From positions 73,943 through 137,942 of the forward strand of contig DXJO01000008.1 in NCBI GenBank assembly GCA_019057475.1: a stretch of 64,000 bases of DNA, in the 5' to 3' direction. The position numbers and the translations under genes are program-made. Numbering within the stretch: the stretch's first letter is position 1; each line of letters starts with the position of its first letter. The notes under the pieces are model-generated. The model was given only the letters and a program-made list of their open reading frames with translations. It was not told the DNA's origin and searched no databases. Shown piece by piece: positions 48,100 to 57,593 of the stretch. The stretch comes from Candidatus Thorarchaeota archaeon. GTDB lineage: Archaea > Asgardarchaeota > Thorarchaeia > Thorarchaeales > Thorarchaeaceae.

Positions 48100-48939
48100 T
48101 TGAGGTGCGCAGCCTTGCGAATTCTTGTAACATCGGAAAAGGATATCGCCAGCCAAACGATTCGAAACGTCCTGATAGAAGAACATGGATTCCTGGAAAC
48201 CGGAGATACATTCGAGGGCAATCCGATTCTATCATCAGATGAATCGATCTTACTGATTACTTCTACTCGTGACATGATTTTCTGTAACCATCTGGAGTCG
48301 CACTTTGATGCCGAAGTGTTCATCTTCTGTTCGCGCCACAGGGCTGAATCCGGACAACCTGCCTTGCTGGTCCACAGTACAGGCAACCTTGGTCAAGAAG
48401 CGCTCTTTGGTGGTAATCCCCAACATCTCTCCGTATCAACAGCATCTCTGGTAGCAGTCGCTCTGAAACGGCTTTACAAAGAACAAGCAGATCGCAAATT
48501 GGATGCCTTCGATGTGACAATGGAAGTCACACACCATGGGCCCACCACAATGAATGCCCCCCTGTTGTTTATCGAACTGGGCAGCGATGAAGCCCACTGG
48601 CGACACGAGGAAGGTGCGCGTGCAGTTGCTGCAGCGGCACTCGACTGCGCAAGAGAGCCGTTTGCAAAAGATGCAGTCATCGGGTTTGGGGGTACACACT
48701 ACGCCAGCAAATTCAACAAATTAGTTTTGGAGCGCAATCTGCGTGTTGGTCATATGGCTCCGAAATACGCAATACCTGGTCTAACTCGCGATGTTGTACT
48801 TCAGATGATGAATAGGTCTCGCGAAACCGTGAAGACCGCCGTTATCGATTGGAAAGGCACAAACGCTGAGCAAAAGGCGCACCTCCTCCCGCTGCTTGAA
48901 AGTCTTGGCCTGGATGTTGTGCGAGCAAAGCGCGTATAG
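48100..48939 (+). CDS. dtdA: D-aminoacyl-tRNA deacylase, archaeal DTD2 type
   Basis: Matches archaeal DtdA by eye: ILVTS..D, EVTHHGPT, LLFIELGSDE, GFGGTHYA, HMAPKYA, IDWKG. TTG start; the true start may be 48115. Confidence 0.85.
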   Translation: MRCAALRILVTSEKDIASQTIRNVLIEEHGFLETGDTFEGNPILSSDESILLITSTRDMIFCNHLESHFDAEVFIFCSRHRAESGQPALLVHSTGNLGQEALFGGNPQHLSVSTASLVAVALKRLYKEQADRKLDAFDVTMEVTHHGPTTMNAPLLFIELGSDEAHWRHEEGARAVAAAALDCAREPFAKDAVIGFGGTHYASKFNKLVLERNLRVGHMAPKYAIPGLTRDVVLQMMNRSRETVKTAVIDWKGTNAEQKAHLLPLLESLGLDVVRAKRV

Positions 48940-49090
48940 ACTTCAGGTGCCCTTTCTCACTCATTCACGGTTCTCAACGATTCCTGATGTCCCCCACAGC
49001 GTTGTTTTACGTTTTCGTAATCTTCTCCCGAAAGCCTAAATACCGGACTCACATCTCAAGCAGCACTCACACGCCCAAGTAGGGGAAATT

Positions 49091-50122
49091 ATGTCCACCC
49101 TAAAAGACGCAGCATCTAACAAGCTTGAAGAAAAAGTTGACAAACTGGCAGAGAGTCTAGCCACGATTGTCAACGAGCTAAAAGTGCTTTCTTCTGTCAA
49201 GGACATGGCCAAGAAGATGGGCGCGCTAGAAGCAGAAGTCAATGACATTAAGACGGCACTAGATCCATTGTCCAAGATTGATGATTTGCTCGCCTCAGTC
49301 AATGGCATCGACAAGAATGTCGTTGGGATTGTCGAGTCAAGGGAGTACGAGGTCGTTCTGAAGAAAATTGATGATCTTCTGGTGTCCTCTCAAGACTTGG
49401 ATGCGGGACTAGCAGAGATTAGGAACTCCAATGCCTTGAGTGAGCTTGGAAAGAAGGTGGAGGCGGTGTCAAGCTCGGTGTCAGACATTAGCAAGAACAT
49501 CGAGTTCACTCGCGCAGGGCGCAGTCTCGAAACGCTGGAAACCAAGATTGATGACCTTCAGCAGTATGTCGCTGGTCTCTCATCGCTGGAAAGCAGCATT
49601 CAGGACCTCTCCGGGACATTTGATGAAACCCGTGAGATAGTCAGTATTATCGTGCGACAGTTGGATGACATTGAGCGCAAATACAACAAGTCAGTTGAAG
49701 AGATTCGCAAGGTTGTTGAAGATGTTTCACAGGTGACCCGTACGGTTAGTGAAGATCCATCTGCAATCAAGACAACTAAGAAAACCGCGAAGACTACAAA
49801 GCGCAAGGAAATTGAAAAGAAGACTCCGCCTGCGGCTGAGGAGATAGTACTCCCTGGCACAATCGATGGAATCATGAAGCATCTTCTGGAAAAGGTATCC
49901 CCTGCAACTGAGGCTGTTGAGATGGCCAACGCATTGGAGACCGTTCGGGACCAATTGACCACGATGATTACTGGCGGTACCCCTGTCTTGTTCCAGTTCG
50001 GCAAGAGAGCGAGGGAGCTCAAATCGTACCCACCAACCGCAACTTTGAACGAGAATGACATTGCTCGACTCAACAGTGAAATCCGCAACTGGTCAACCAA
50101 GCTAAAGGAAGTTACCAAATAG
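49091..50122 (+). CDS. Hypothetical coiled-coil protein
   Basis: 343 aa, helical, with a Lys/Thr-rich linker. Confidence 0.4.
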   Translation: MSTLKDAASNKLEEKVDKLAESLATIVNELKVLSSVKDMAKKMGALEAEVNDIKTALDPLSKIDDLLASVNGIDKNVVGIVESREYEVVLKKIDDLLVSSQDLDAGLAEIRNSNALSELGKKVEAVSSSVSDISKNIEFTRAGRSLETLETKIDDLQQYVAGLSSLESSIQDLSGTFDETREIVSIIVRQLDDIERKYNKSVEEIRKVVEDVSQVTRTVSEDPSAIKTTKKTAKTTKRKEIEKKTPPAAEEIVLPGTIDGIMKHLLEKVSPATEAVEMANALETVRDQLTTMITGGTPVLFQFGKRARELKSYPPTATLNENDIARLNSEIRNWSTKLKEVTK

Positions 50123-50344
50123 GATTCGGCCTTTCTCTGTCCCGTTTGGAGTCTAATGCTTCCAACTTGTCCCAGACAATCGCAATTGCACGTAATTACT
50201 GCATTATCCCGGTTGACCACGCGCATAACTTTATTTCATTGAAAGCACAGATGCGCAATTGAATCTCGCTCGCGACTGTTTGGGTCGTTAACGAGGGTTG
50301 ACCATCTTGGTCATAGTACTACTGGGCTATCTTTAAGCAACGGG

Positions 50345-51172
50345 TTGAAAACTAAAATGAAACTGAAGAAGCATAACACGACTTTCGCCACTAAAATGGA
50401 CTTGTTGGATGTGACAGCTGATAATCAGCTGGCGAAAGAGCTAATGGAATTGCACGAAAACAAGTGTCGTGTGTGTCAAGAGGATCGATTAAGCTGCACA
50501 GTGCGTCCTTCGTGCAAAAACAGGAATTTCCTGAACATGTTGATTGAACTGGGTATTGAACCTGAGGATCTCCCAAGTTTCTGTTACAGCCAGTATCTCA
50601 ATCATGTCCAGAGGTTCGTTACGGAGCAGAAGGGACGCCGAATGATTGACCGCAGGCTTCCAATCAAAGATTTCCTCTCAGCACTGCGTGTGAGTTCGAT
50701 TAGACACTTCACAACGAAGTTCAAGAAGACTTGGTCCAAGTCGGCCTTAATTCAAAGAAAGAATACCATGCTTGTGGCTGGTGACGGTCTGCTTTTCCAC
50801 TTTGACTTTGCTCGCGGCATAGTCGTAATGAATCCCGTGCACGTAAAGATCAAAAGCCTTGAAGTGTTCAAGCTCTACGCAGACTTGTTCTCGAAGTACT
50901 ATGACTTGAAGTCAGAGGTTAAGGATGTAACTCTGAACTGGTGGATACTCAGTATCGCGGTTGATGTTGAGGGCACTGTTGAGAGTATAAAGCCTGTAAA
51001 AAGCAAACTCTCTGGCAGTTTTGATGCTCTCAATGTAGAAGCATTTGAGAATGTCGTAAACATTCATGCTGAGGTCATTATCGATGAGAATCGGAAACCT
51101 CTCTTTGTGGATGACATTGAGAAGGCATTCACTGTGAGCTCCAAGCTGAGATTGGGCGAGATTAGTAACTAG
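50345..51172 (+). CDS. Hypothetical protein with N-terminal Cys cluster
   Basis: CRVCQEDRLSC...C near the N-terminus. 275 aa. Confidence 0.35.
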   Translation: MKTKMKLKKHNTTFATKMDLLDVTADNQLAKELMELHENKCRVCQEDRLSCTVRPSCKNRNFLNMLIELGIEPEDLPSFCYSQYLNHVQRFVTEQKGRRMIDRRLPIKDFLSALRVSSIRHFTTKFKKTWSKSALIQRKNTMLVAGDGLLFHFDFARGIVVMNPVHVKIKSLEVFKLYADLFSKYYDLKSEVKDVTLNWWILSIAVDVEGTVESIKPVKSKLSGSFDALNVEAFENVVNIHAEVIIDENRKPLFVDDIEKAFTVSSKLRLGEISN

Positions 51173-51196
51173 GTAGTACAGTCCAGATTCTGAGTC

Positions 51197-54100
51197 TTGG
51201 ACTGTCATTGGATGGGATGCAATTTGACTGAGAATGCAGTTGTAGAATATATGCCTGTCTTGAAGGCGAATCTAGGTCTAACAGACCTTGAAGCCAAGGT
51301 TATGCTGCCCATTTACTTGGGCGGGAACATGACACCTGGCGCCGTCGCCATGATTTCGGGCGAGAAACTTCCCAGAGTGAATCGCACTCTGGGTAGATTA
51401 GAAAGTAAAGGATTTGTCGTTAAGGTCGAGGGTGTAGTGCCTATTTTCAGACCAGTTCCGGCAGTACTCTCCATGACTGGTGAGCTCAATTCTATGGTTG
51501 AGAATATCGAGGGATTGGCGCATGCCTCTCTCAGTGCATTGGACAACCAGATACAGCAAACTGAGGAGTCGGCTGTTGAGATTAGGGACACGCAAACCAC
51601 AGCAAGTGAGCGCACAAGGACAATCCTAGAGAATTACGAAAACAAAATGCTTCAAACCGTGCTGAGTCAGGTAGAGCTAGTCGTCGATACTGCGACCAAT
51701 GTCTTGACTGGGTACTCACAGAAAATCGAAGAAGCAGTGACAGGGCTGGACACGAGTCTGGATGACGCTCTGGGGATAAAGCTGGCGGACCTTCAAGCTG
51801 AACTGGATAAAAGCCAGATACAACTCAAGCAGGACCTCAAGGTGATATCCCGCGACTTTGACAAGGGCGTCAAACGGGAACGTGCGCCCTCACTAACTGC
51901 ACTATCGGATTTCGATAAGAAAGTCCAAGCGCTCATCAAGAAGTCAAAGAACGCAGTTTCCACTGCACTCACAGACTCAGAAAAAGCAATTCAGAGTGTA
52001 TCCCTTGATGTGTCCCAGAAGACAAGCTCACAGGTTCTTGGCACCATTGATAAGACTCTTGTAAATCTCGGTTCTTCAGCAGATTCCTTGACTGCATCTC
52101 TCGATCAGTTAGACAAAGATCTCAGTCAAGCATCAAGGGTCGCTCATGACTCACTCACCTCTCTGATAAGTCAAACAAGATTGATGTCGAACGAGCAGGC
52201 GGATCTAACTCGCATAAAGATTCTCAATGCATTCAAGGTCACCGAATCTGCTACTGACGCACTAGATTCCTGGAAAACAGATGTCAGAGGAATCATGGAT
52301 GTTGCATCCCACTCCATGACCGCGCAGTTCGAGCAGGCGGCAGTGACAGAGCGAAACTACCTAGATGCAAACAAGAATACACTTGTAGCCTATCTTGACA
52401 AGATTCGCACCATTGTTAGTGAGGAGTACAGCACTCTCCAGAGCTTGGCAGTGGCGATTGACAGTGAGTTCGCCAAGCATCTCGACGAAACCAAAATATC
52501 GATGATGGGCTTATTCCGCAACGAGCTTGAGGCTGACGAAACAACCCTTGAGGTCGCAACTGAGAAGCTACGCAAAGACTTGAACCGATGGTCAACTAAA
52601 ACGGGGCGGTCAGTTAGAAGGAAAGCGTCGAAGGCTGGCAAAGAGGTGATCGAGGTTCTTGATGGCAAAATTGCTGAAGTAGACACCATGACCGAGAAAA
52701 TGTTCAACGAGGTCAAGTCTTCGCTTGGTGCAGTCACCGCAACGGCGGGCACTAAGAACGAAACAATTCTCACTGCCATTAATAAGAGCGCACAGAAATT
52801 CGAGAAAGATGTTGATGCTAAACTTGGGGGTGTCACTACACGTTTTTCCTCGATAGCGGACAAGTACGTCACTGGAGCGGGAGTGCTCTATGAAAATCTA
52901 AATACAAGATTCGACGACCGAGTCAGTCAGTCAGTCAAGTCCTTGAGTTCGAGCGTAGAGCGAGCACGACAAGAGATTGACACCATGATGGAAGACCAGA
53001 TGACCAGAATTGATTTCCATGCCTCTGAGATTCGAAAGGAGTTCCACATGCAGGTTGAGGATATCTCAAGGCAGTTCATTAACATGACTCAAGGATTGGA
53101 AGCTGCTTTCGGAGGGCTTGTGGCGAGTCAGATAGTCGAAACACGCGATTTCATCGCATCCACACACACCGAGTTCAATGCAGCTCTGAATGCTGAGATG
53201 AATGCTCTTCGAGATGATTCCGAGAAGCTCCAAGTCGGGTATTCCTCAGAGATGACTCAACGCATAGAGAATCTCCGAGATTCGGCGAGTGTAATGCGCA
53301 AGACCCTAGAAGAGCTTGCCAAGGAGAAACGGCTGGAGATGTCCTCCTCCATAGCGGGCACGCTAACTCAGCTTGAAAGTGCGACAAATGAAATACAGAA
53401 ATCGCTTGAGAGCCTCGAAACAGATACGATTAAGGAAATCAATGATGACCTAGCAGAGTTCTCCGAGGAATTCACAGAGGCTCTTACGACGGCCAAGACG
53501 AACCTCACTGATCAGCTTTCAAATCTCAGTGAAGCAACTACAACCGACCTGGAGCGGGGAACAAAGCTTGTCAGGGACATAGCAGACTCTTACTTCACGG
53601 AGCACATGGATTCCCATCAGAGGCTTATCGCAAGCACGAGCAAAAAACTAGATTCACTCTCAACTGCCATAACTACAGGATCATCCCGTAAGGTTGAGGC
53701 GTTTCAAGCGAATCTTGCGAAGTCTGAGAAGACTGGACTACGTGGAAGGAATGCTGTGAAGACCGAGATAGCGGAAGCAATAGAGAACCATAGGACAGAA
53801 GCCAGTCAGGCGTTTGAGGGGGCTGCTGCGCGGGTTGATTCCGGTCTATCGAACACAGCTGATTCTATTACAATACTTGGTGACAAGCTCAACAACGACT
53901 TGATGGCGGTTCAGCAGCAAATCGCCCGGGCAGCCAACGATGCCGCGAAGCTTCTCGCAGAGAAGAGCCGCGAAAATTTAGAAATACTTGAAGAAACGGG
54001 AGTTTCGCTCTTCCAGAAGGCGGAGGATACTTTCCGGGAGCACGCTGTAACCTTTGGCAACACAAGTGCTGCCGCATTAAAACAAGGTGAGGATAGCATG

Positions 54101-55111
54101 TCCGACCTACCAGAGCTCATTTCAGATATCGTGGATGGCTGTCTCAAGCAAGCGATAAGTGACGCATCGAAGGATTTCGGCGATGTTACGGGCAATCTGA
54201 CTGGATCTTTCTCAGAGTGTGAAAGATCTGCTGAATCCGCAGCCACTGAATTCAAGGAGTTCGTGGAGCGGGTGTCAATGAATGTGACGAAAGTTCGTGA
54301 TTCGGCCTTTGAGAATTCCCAACAAAGTGTTCTCTTGGCCAACCAACATGCATCTAGGAAATTCGAGTCGATCGGTTTGGACCTAAGAGCGCGTTTCAGC
54401 ACTGAATCGCATGGGCTGATTGAAGCTGTGCGAAATGACTCTGCAGCAAGAACACTACAGGTTACCAATGCAGGGATAAAAGCAACAAATGCAGCTGAAG
54501 AAACAACAGCGGTCCTGTCACAGTCGCGGAGCGAGGCGTTTAACAAACTGGCCACATCCACGGACAAGACCTTGACTCGCTGGGCGAACAACGAGAAGAA
54601 ACAAGCAACATCCTTGCACAAACAAGTGGAAGAAACAGCAACCAGTTTGACAGAATCTGTCAATAGGACTGTGGAAACTATGGAGGCAGTTCGTAAAGCT
54701 GGTGAAGGATTATTGAAGGTTTCAGCTGAGAAGACATGGTATCTGACAGGCGAGGATGAAACATGTGCTTACATCATGGACATGGTGCAGAGGGCTGAGG
54801 AATCTGTGGTCGTATCCGTTCTGAGCACAGAGTGTTTAGATCTGAAGAAACTGAGTAGGATGAAAGCACCAAAGCGAAGAGTGCTCATCGTACCCCATAC
54901 AGACGAACCAGCGCTTGAGGATTTGCACGGTTGGCGAATATGGCACGTGAAGACACCTGTACTCTTTGCGGTAGCAGATGACCGTGAGATTTTTCTAGGC
55001 GGGGCGGAGGAGTCTGACTTCCCGCTTGGCGTTGTATCCACGGACGAAGCGTACGTGCGCCTCTACCACGATGTTATAGGCCCCCGGCTTATACGTAGTC
55101 GAGTCCAATAG
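51197..55111 (+). CDS. TrmB-like protein: N-terminal TrmB-type HTH, ~1100-aa coiled-coil, TrmB-C-like C-terminal domain
   Basis: LGLTDLEAKVMLPIYLGGNMTPGAVAMISGEKLPRVNRTLGRLESKGFV is a TrmB-type HTH. The long middle section has a repetitive helical composition. The C-terminus reads TWYLTGEDETCAYIMDMVQRAEESVVVSV...RRVLIV. Confidence 0.5.
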   Translation: MDCHWMGCNLTENAVVEYMPVLKANLGLTDLEAKVMLPIYLGGNMTPGAVAMISGEKLPRVNRTLGRLESKGFVVKVEGVVPIFRPVPAVLSMTGELNSMVENIEGLAHASLSALDNQIQQTEESAVEIRDTQTTASERTRTILENYENKMLQTVLSQVELVVDTATNVLTGYSQKIEEAVTGLDTSLDDALGIKLADLQAELDKSQIQLKQDLKVISRDFDKGVKRERAPSLTALSDFDKKVQALIKKSKNAVSTALTDSEKAIQSVSLDVSQKTSSQVLGTIDKTLVNLGSSADSLTASLDQLDKDLSQASRVAHDSLTSLISQTRLMSNEQADLTRIKILNAFKVTESATDALDSWKTDVRGIMDVASHSMTAQFEQAAVTERNYLDANKNTLVAYLDKIRTIVSEEYSTLQSLAVAIDSEFAKHLDETKISMMGLFRNELEADETTLEVATEKLRKDLNRWSTKTGRSVRRKASKAGKEVIEVLDGKIAEVDTMTEKMFNEVKSSLGAVTATAGTKNETILTAINKSAQKFEKDVDAKLGGVTTRFSSIADKYVTGAGVLYENLNTRFDDRVSQSVKSLSSSVERARQEIDTMMEDQMTRIDFHASEIRKEFHMQVEDISRQFINMTQGLEAAFGGLVASQIVETRDFIASTHTEFNAALNAEMNALRDDSEKLQVGYSSEMTQRIENLRDSASVMRKTLEELAKEKRLEMSSSIAGTLTQLESATNEIQKSLESLETDTIKEINDDLAEFSEEFTEALTTAKTNLTDQLSNLSEATTTDLERGTKLVRDIADSYFTEHMDSHQRLIASTSKKLDSLSTAITTGSSRKVEAFQANLAKSEKTGLRGRNAVKTEIAEAIENHRTEASQAFEGAAARVDSGLSNTADSITILGDKLNNDLMAVQQQIARAANDAAKLLAEKSRENLEILEETGVSLFQKAEDTFREHAVTFGNTSAAALKQGEDSMSDLPELISDIVDGCLKQAISDASKDFGDVTGNLTGSFSECERSAESAATEFKEFVERVSMNVTKVRDSAFENSQQSVLLANQHASRKFESIGLDLRARFSTESHGLIEAVRNDSAARTLQVTNAGIKATNAAEETTAVLSQSRSEAFNKLATSTDKTLTRWANNEKKQATSLHKQVEETATSLTESVNRTVETMEAVRKAGEGLLKVSAEKTWYLTGEDETCAYIMDMVQRAEESVVVSVLSTECLDLKKLSRMKAPKRRVLIVPHTDEPALEDLHGWRIWHVKTPVLFAVADDREIFLGGAEESDFPLGVVSTDEAYVRLYHDVIGPRLIRSRVQ

Positions 55112-55639
55112 TCAAAGTGTGATGGAGTAGATGATTGCATCTTCATCTTCGTAGTAGTCGGGTACACTACCCGACTCCTCCATTCCCATCCTCTCATAGA
55201 ACCGGCGCGCAGTAAAGTTGCTCTCACGCACCTCAAGGGTGGTTGTTTTGATTCCTCTCACAGTCAATGAGTCAAACACGTGTTGGAGTAGGCTCCTACC
55301 GAAGCCCCTTCTCTGCAGATTCTTGCTAACAGCGATATTCAGCACTCTGCCTTCGGACGTATCTGGACAATCCTCCCAGACGACGTATCCAGCCACACTG
55401 CCGTTGTTCTCGATGACTTGCATGGATGCTTGTTTTCCTCTACCCAGAGTGATACATCCCTCCGAGCTAGCCAGCGTGGCAAATACATCTATGTCCCAAG
55501 GACTAGGGAAGCAGCTGTCCTCAATGGTTTTCACTGCGATTACGTCGTCAATTCGCACGGGTCTTGTTCTGTCTGGCATCTGACTCTCTCCTGACGATCT
55601 GCTAGTCCTCGTTCTCGAAGCCCCTCTGGCATCCATCAA
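55112..55639 (-). CDS. GNAT N-acetyltransferase (RimI-like)
   Basis: LNIAVSKNLQRRGFGRSLLQHV is motif A. Confidence 0.75.
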   Translation of the reverse strand: MMDARGASRTRTSRSSGESQMPDRTRPVRIDDVIAVKTIEDSCFPSPWDIDVFATLASSEGCITLGRGKQASMQVIENNGSVAGYVVWEDCPDTSEGRVLNIAVSKNLQRRGFGRSLLQHVFDSLTVRGIKTTTLEVRESNFTARRFYERMGMEESGSVPDYYEDEDAIIYSITL

Positions 55640-56072
55640 TAGGTCTACCGCAACTGGGGCAAAAGGACGCTCGTGATGGCAGTGCGCCCTCGCAATGGTC
55701 GCATAGCGAGTCTACTCTAAGATAACGAGTGTGCAGGCGTGTACCGTCTTCGAATCCTCCAGCCTGAACTAGATCTAAGACCCCCTTTACAAACCATAGA
55801 GCGATTCCCAGAGTAATGATCAGTATGACTACTTCAGCAACTGGACCCAAGCCACTGGCGATGACGAACGGGAATACGAAGACGAAACCTGTTTCTTCGC
55901 CTGTCGAGCTAAGAGCAATCATCGCCATTCCCGCCCCAAGTAGGATGAATCCAGTAACGATGATTGCCAAATGTTTCTCCTTCATCGCACGGCCTCCTCT
56001 TCTTCCCATGAGCGCTCCATTGATGGGGCTAAAAAAACCTGTGGCACCACCGGCGTTGCCTGAATCACACAA
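55602..56072 (-). CDS. Small membrane protein with C-terminal zinc ribbon
   Basis: Two or three TM helices, then CDHCEGALPSRASFCPSCG. Confidence 0.4.
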   Translation of the reverse strand: MCDSGNAGGATGFFSPINGALMGRRGGRAMKEKHLAIIVTGFILLGAGMAMIALSSTGEETGFVFVFPFVIASGLGPVAEVVILIITLGIALWFVKGVLDLVQAGGFEDGTRLHTRYLRVDSLCDHCEGALPSRASFCPSCGRPIDGCQRGFENED

Positions 56073-56120
56073 GACATATCAATATCTAGGCCTGTGATAA
56101 AGGCACGACAGTGATTTGAC

Positions 56121-56582
56121 ATGCCACAAGGAAAGCGTCGAAAGAAGTCCAGACCTAGGAAGAAGAAACCACGCTATCTCTTCAAGATTACAGTGGTCGG
56201 ACCCGATGATAAGCTGCTTGAGGAAGTACTTAGTGTGCTGAGCGCAGAAGTTATTGCCGTTGACGGAATTCGGATTAGCTCAGCGGCGGTGACCGTGGAG
56301 AAGACAGATGTTAAGACCCTCTTCATGTCACCAAGGCATTCAGCTCTTGACATCCTGTTATCTGTGACTTTTGCGGGTGCCAGCGGAGCAATCATTGTTC
56401 TCAAGGAAGCAGATTCAGAGATGGAAACTCTCTACAGAAACGAAGTTCGGGAGAAAATCGGTGCCGGCGTGCCCACACGTGTTATCGCGATTGGATCTGG
56501 AATGGATGACTTCAAGAGAAACGAGATTGCTGTTCTCTTGGATGAGATGGTTGAAGAGATACTCTCTGTCAAAGTACACTAG
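56121..56582 (+). CDS. Hypothetical protein with basic N-terminal tail and P-loop-less GTPase-like beta-alpha pattern
   Basis: The N-terminus is MPQGKRRKKSRPRKKKPRY. LFKITVVGPDDKL sits where a G1 box would be but carries no GK[ST]. Confidence 0.3.
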   Translation: MPQGKRRKKSRPRKKKPRYLFKITVVGPDDKLLEEVLSVLSAEVIAVDGIRISSAAVTVEKTDVKTLFMSPRHSALDILLSVTFAGASGAIIVLKEADSEMETLYRNEVREKIGAGVPTRVIAIGSGMDDFKRNEIAVLLDEMVEEILSVKVH

Positions 56583-56641
56583 CTTCGGCTCTTCCACCGA
56601 CGTAATAGCAACGCTTTTTTCTAATCTATGGGTAACCATGG

Positions 56642-57586
56642 TTGGTGTCATTCGTGAGCTCAGATGAAAAAGATGAAAATTATTGGCTCGGAGTCCGTGA
56701 TGGACTTAGGATGGTGGACTCCTTCGTAAGATGGTCAGCTAGGCATAAAGACAAGGCCAAGAATCTGCAGGAATTTATCTCCGAAGGACTGATCGCGGCC
56801 GCGAAGCGATGCGAGTCGTGTTTGAGCACGACATTAGGTCTTACTTTCGGAGAGTCGCTGGGTGGCCTATCTCCGGATGATTTGCTTGAACCTGCCGATC
56901 CGAAGGACAGATTGCCGACGCATTATGAGGAACCAGCAGAGGAAAAAGATAATGCTGTTCCGGATGATGAAGTGCCGGCCACTGAGGATTTGAGTCCCGA
57001 ACCGAAATTCGAGTCAGAACCAGAGGCAAGCTCAGAAGTCGAGTCTACGTCGATTGAGGCCATCGAGCGAATGGAAGATACTGAAATTGAAGATATGCAT
57101 CTTGAGGGGCCTTCAAGGGACTTTGGAACCGAATTCGAGCTAGGTGAGCCAAGCCCCTTGACAATCGAACCTGAAGTTGAAGATCAGGAGTTGTCTGTTT
57201 CAGAAGCTTCGGAACCAGTGGAACCTTCTGAGCCTGAGCATACTGATGTGATTAAGGATGAAGTCGATGACGCTTCACTATCGACGGAGTCTGGGCTCAC
57301 ATGGAGTGAGTACGAGGACACTATTGCTCCCCCCAAAACAACTGGTACACCTACCTCTGAAGAGCGTGTGACCGAAACCGAGCCTTCAGAGACGCCTACG
57401 AAATGGAGCCCCATTGATGAGCCCATGGTATCAGAGGACGAGCCAGCTGAGGAAGAAGTTGAATCTCCTGACGAAGTTGACAAAGAAGTGCCCGAAGTCG
57501 AACCCCCGCCACCTCCACCGCCAGAATCTGATGAGAGTGAGGAAGAGCGAAGGCGTAGGGCACGAAGATTATTCTTCGGCACGTAG
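56642..57586 (+). CDS. Acidic low-complexity (Glu/Asp/Pro/Ser-rich) protein, likely disordered
   Basis: EPEVEDQELSVSEASEPVEPSEPEH ... PPPPPPPESDESEEERRRRARRLFFGT. Confidence 0.4.
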   Translation: MVSFVSSDEKDENYWLGVRDGLRMVDSFVRWSARHKDKAKNLQEFISEGLIAAAKRCESCLSTTLGLTFGESLGGLSPDDLLEPADPKDRLPTHYEEPAEEKDNAVPDDEVPATEDLSPEPKFESEPEASSEVESTSIEAIERMEDTEIEDMHLEGPSRDFGTEFELGEPSPLTIEPEVEDQELSVSEASEPVEPSEPEHTDVIKDEVDDASLSTESGLTWSEYEDTIAPPKTTGTPTSEERVTETEPSETPTKWSPIDEPMVSEDEPAEEEVESPDEVDKEVPEVEPPPPPPPESDESEEERRRRARRLFFGT

Positions 57587-57593
57587 AAGGATG

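Noticed and set aside
49600-50226. 208-aa minus-strand ORF
   Set aside because: It is antisense to the coiled-coil gene 49091..50122. The Ser/Val/Leu-rich frame mirrors the Glu/Lys/Asp codons opposite it.
53911-54663. 250-aa minus-strand ORF
   Set aside because: It is embedded antisense in the TrmB-like giant gene. Its Ser/Ala-rich composition has low complexity.
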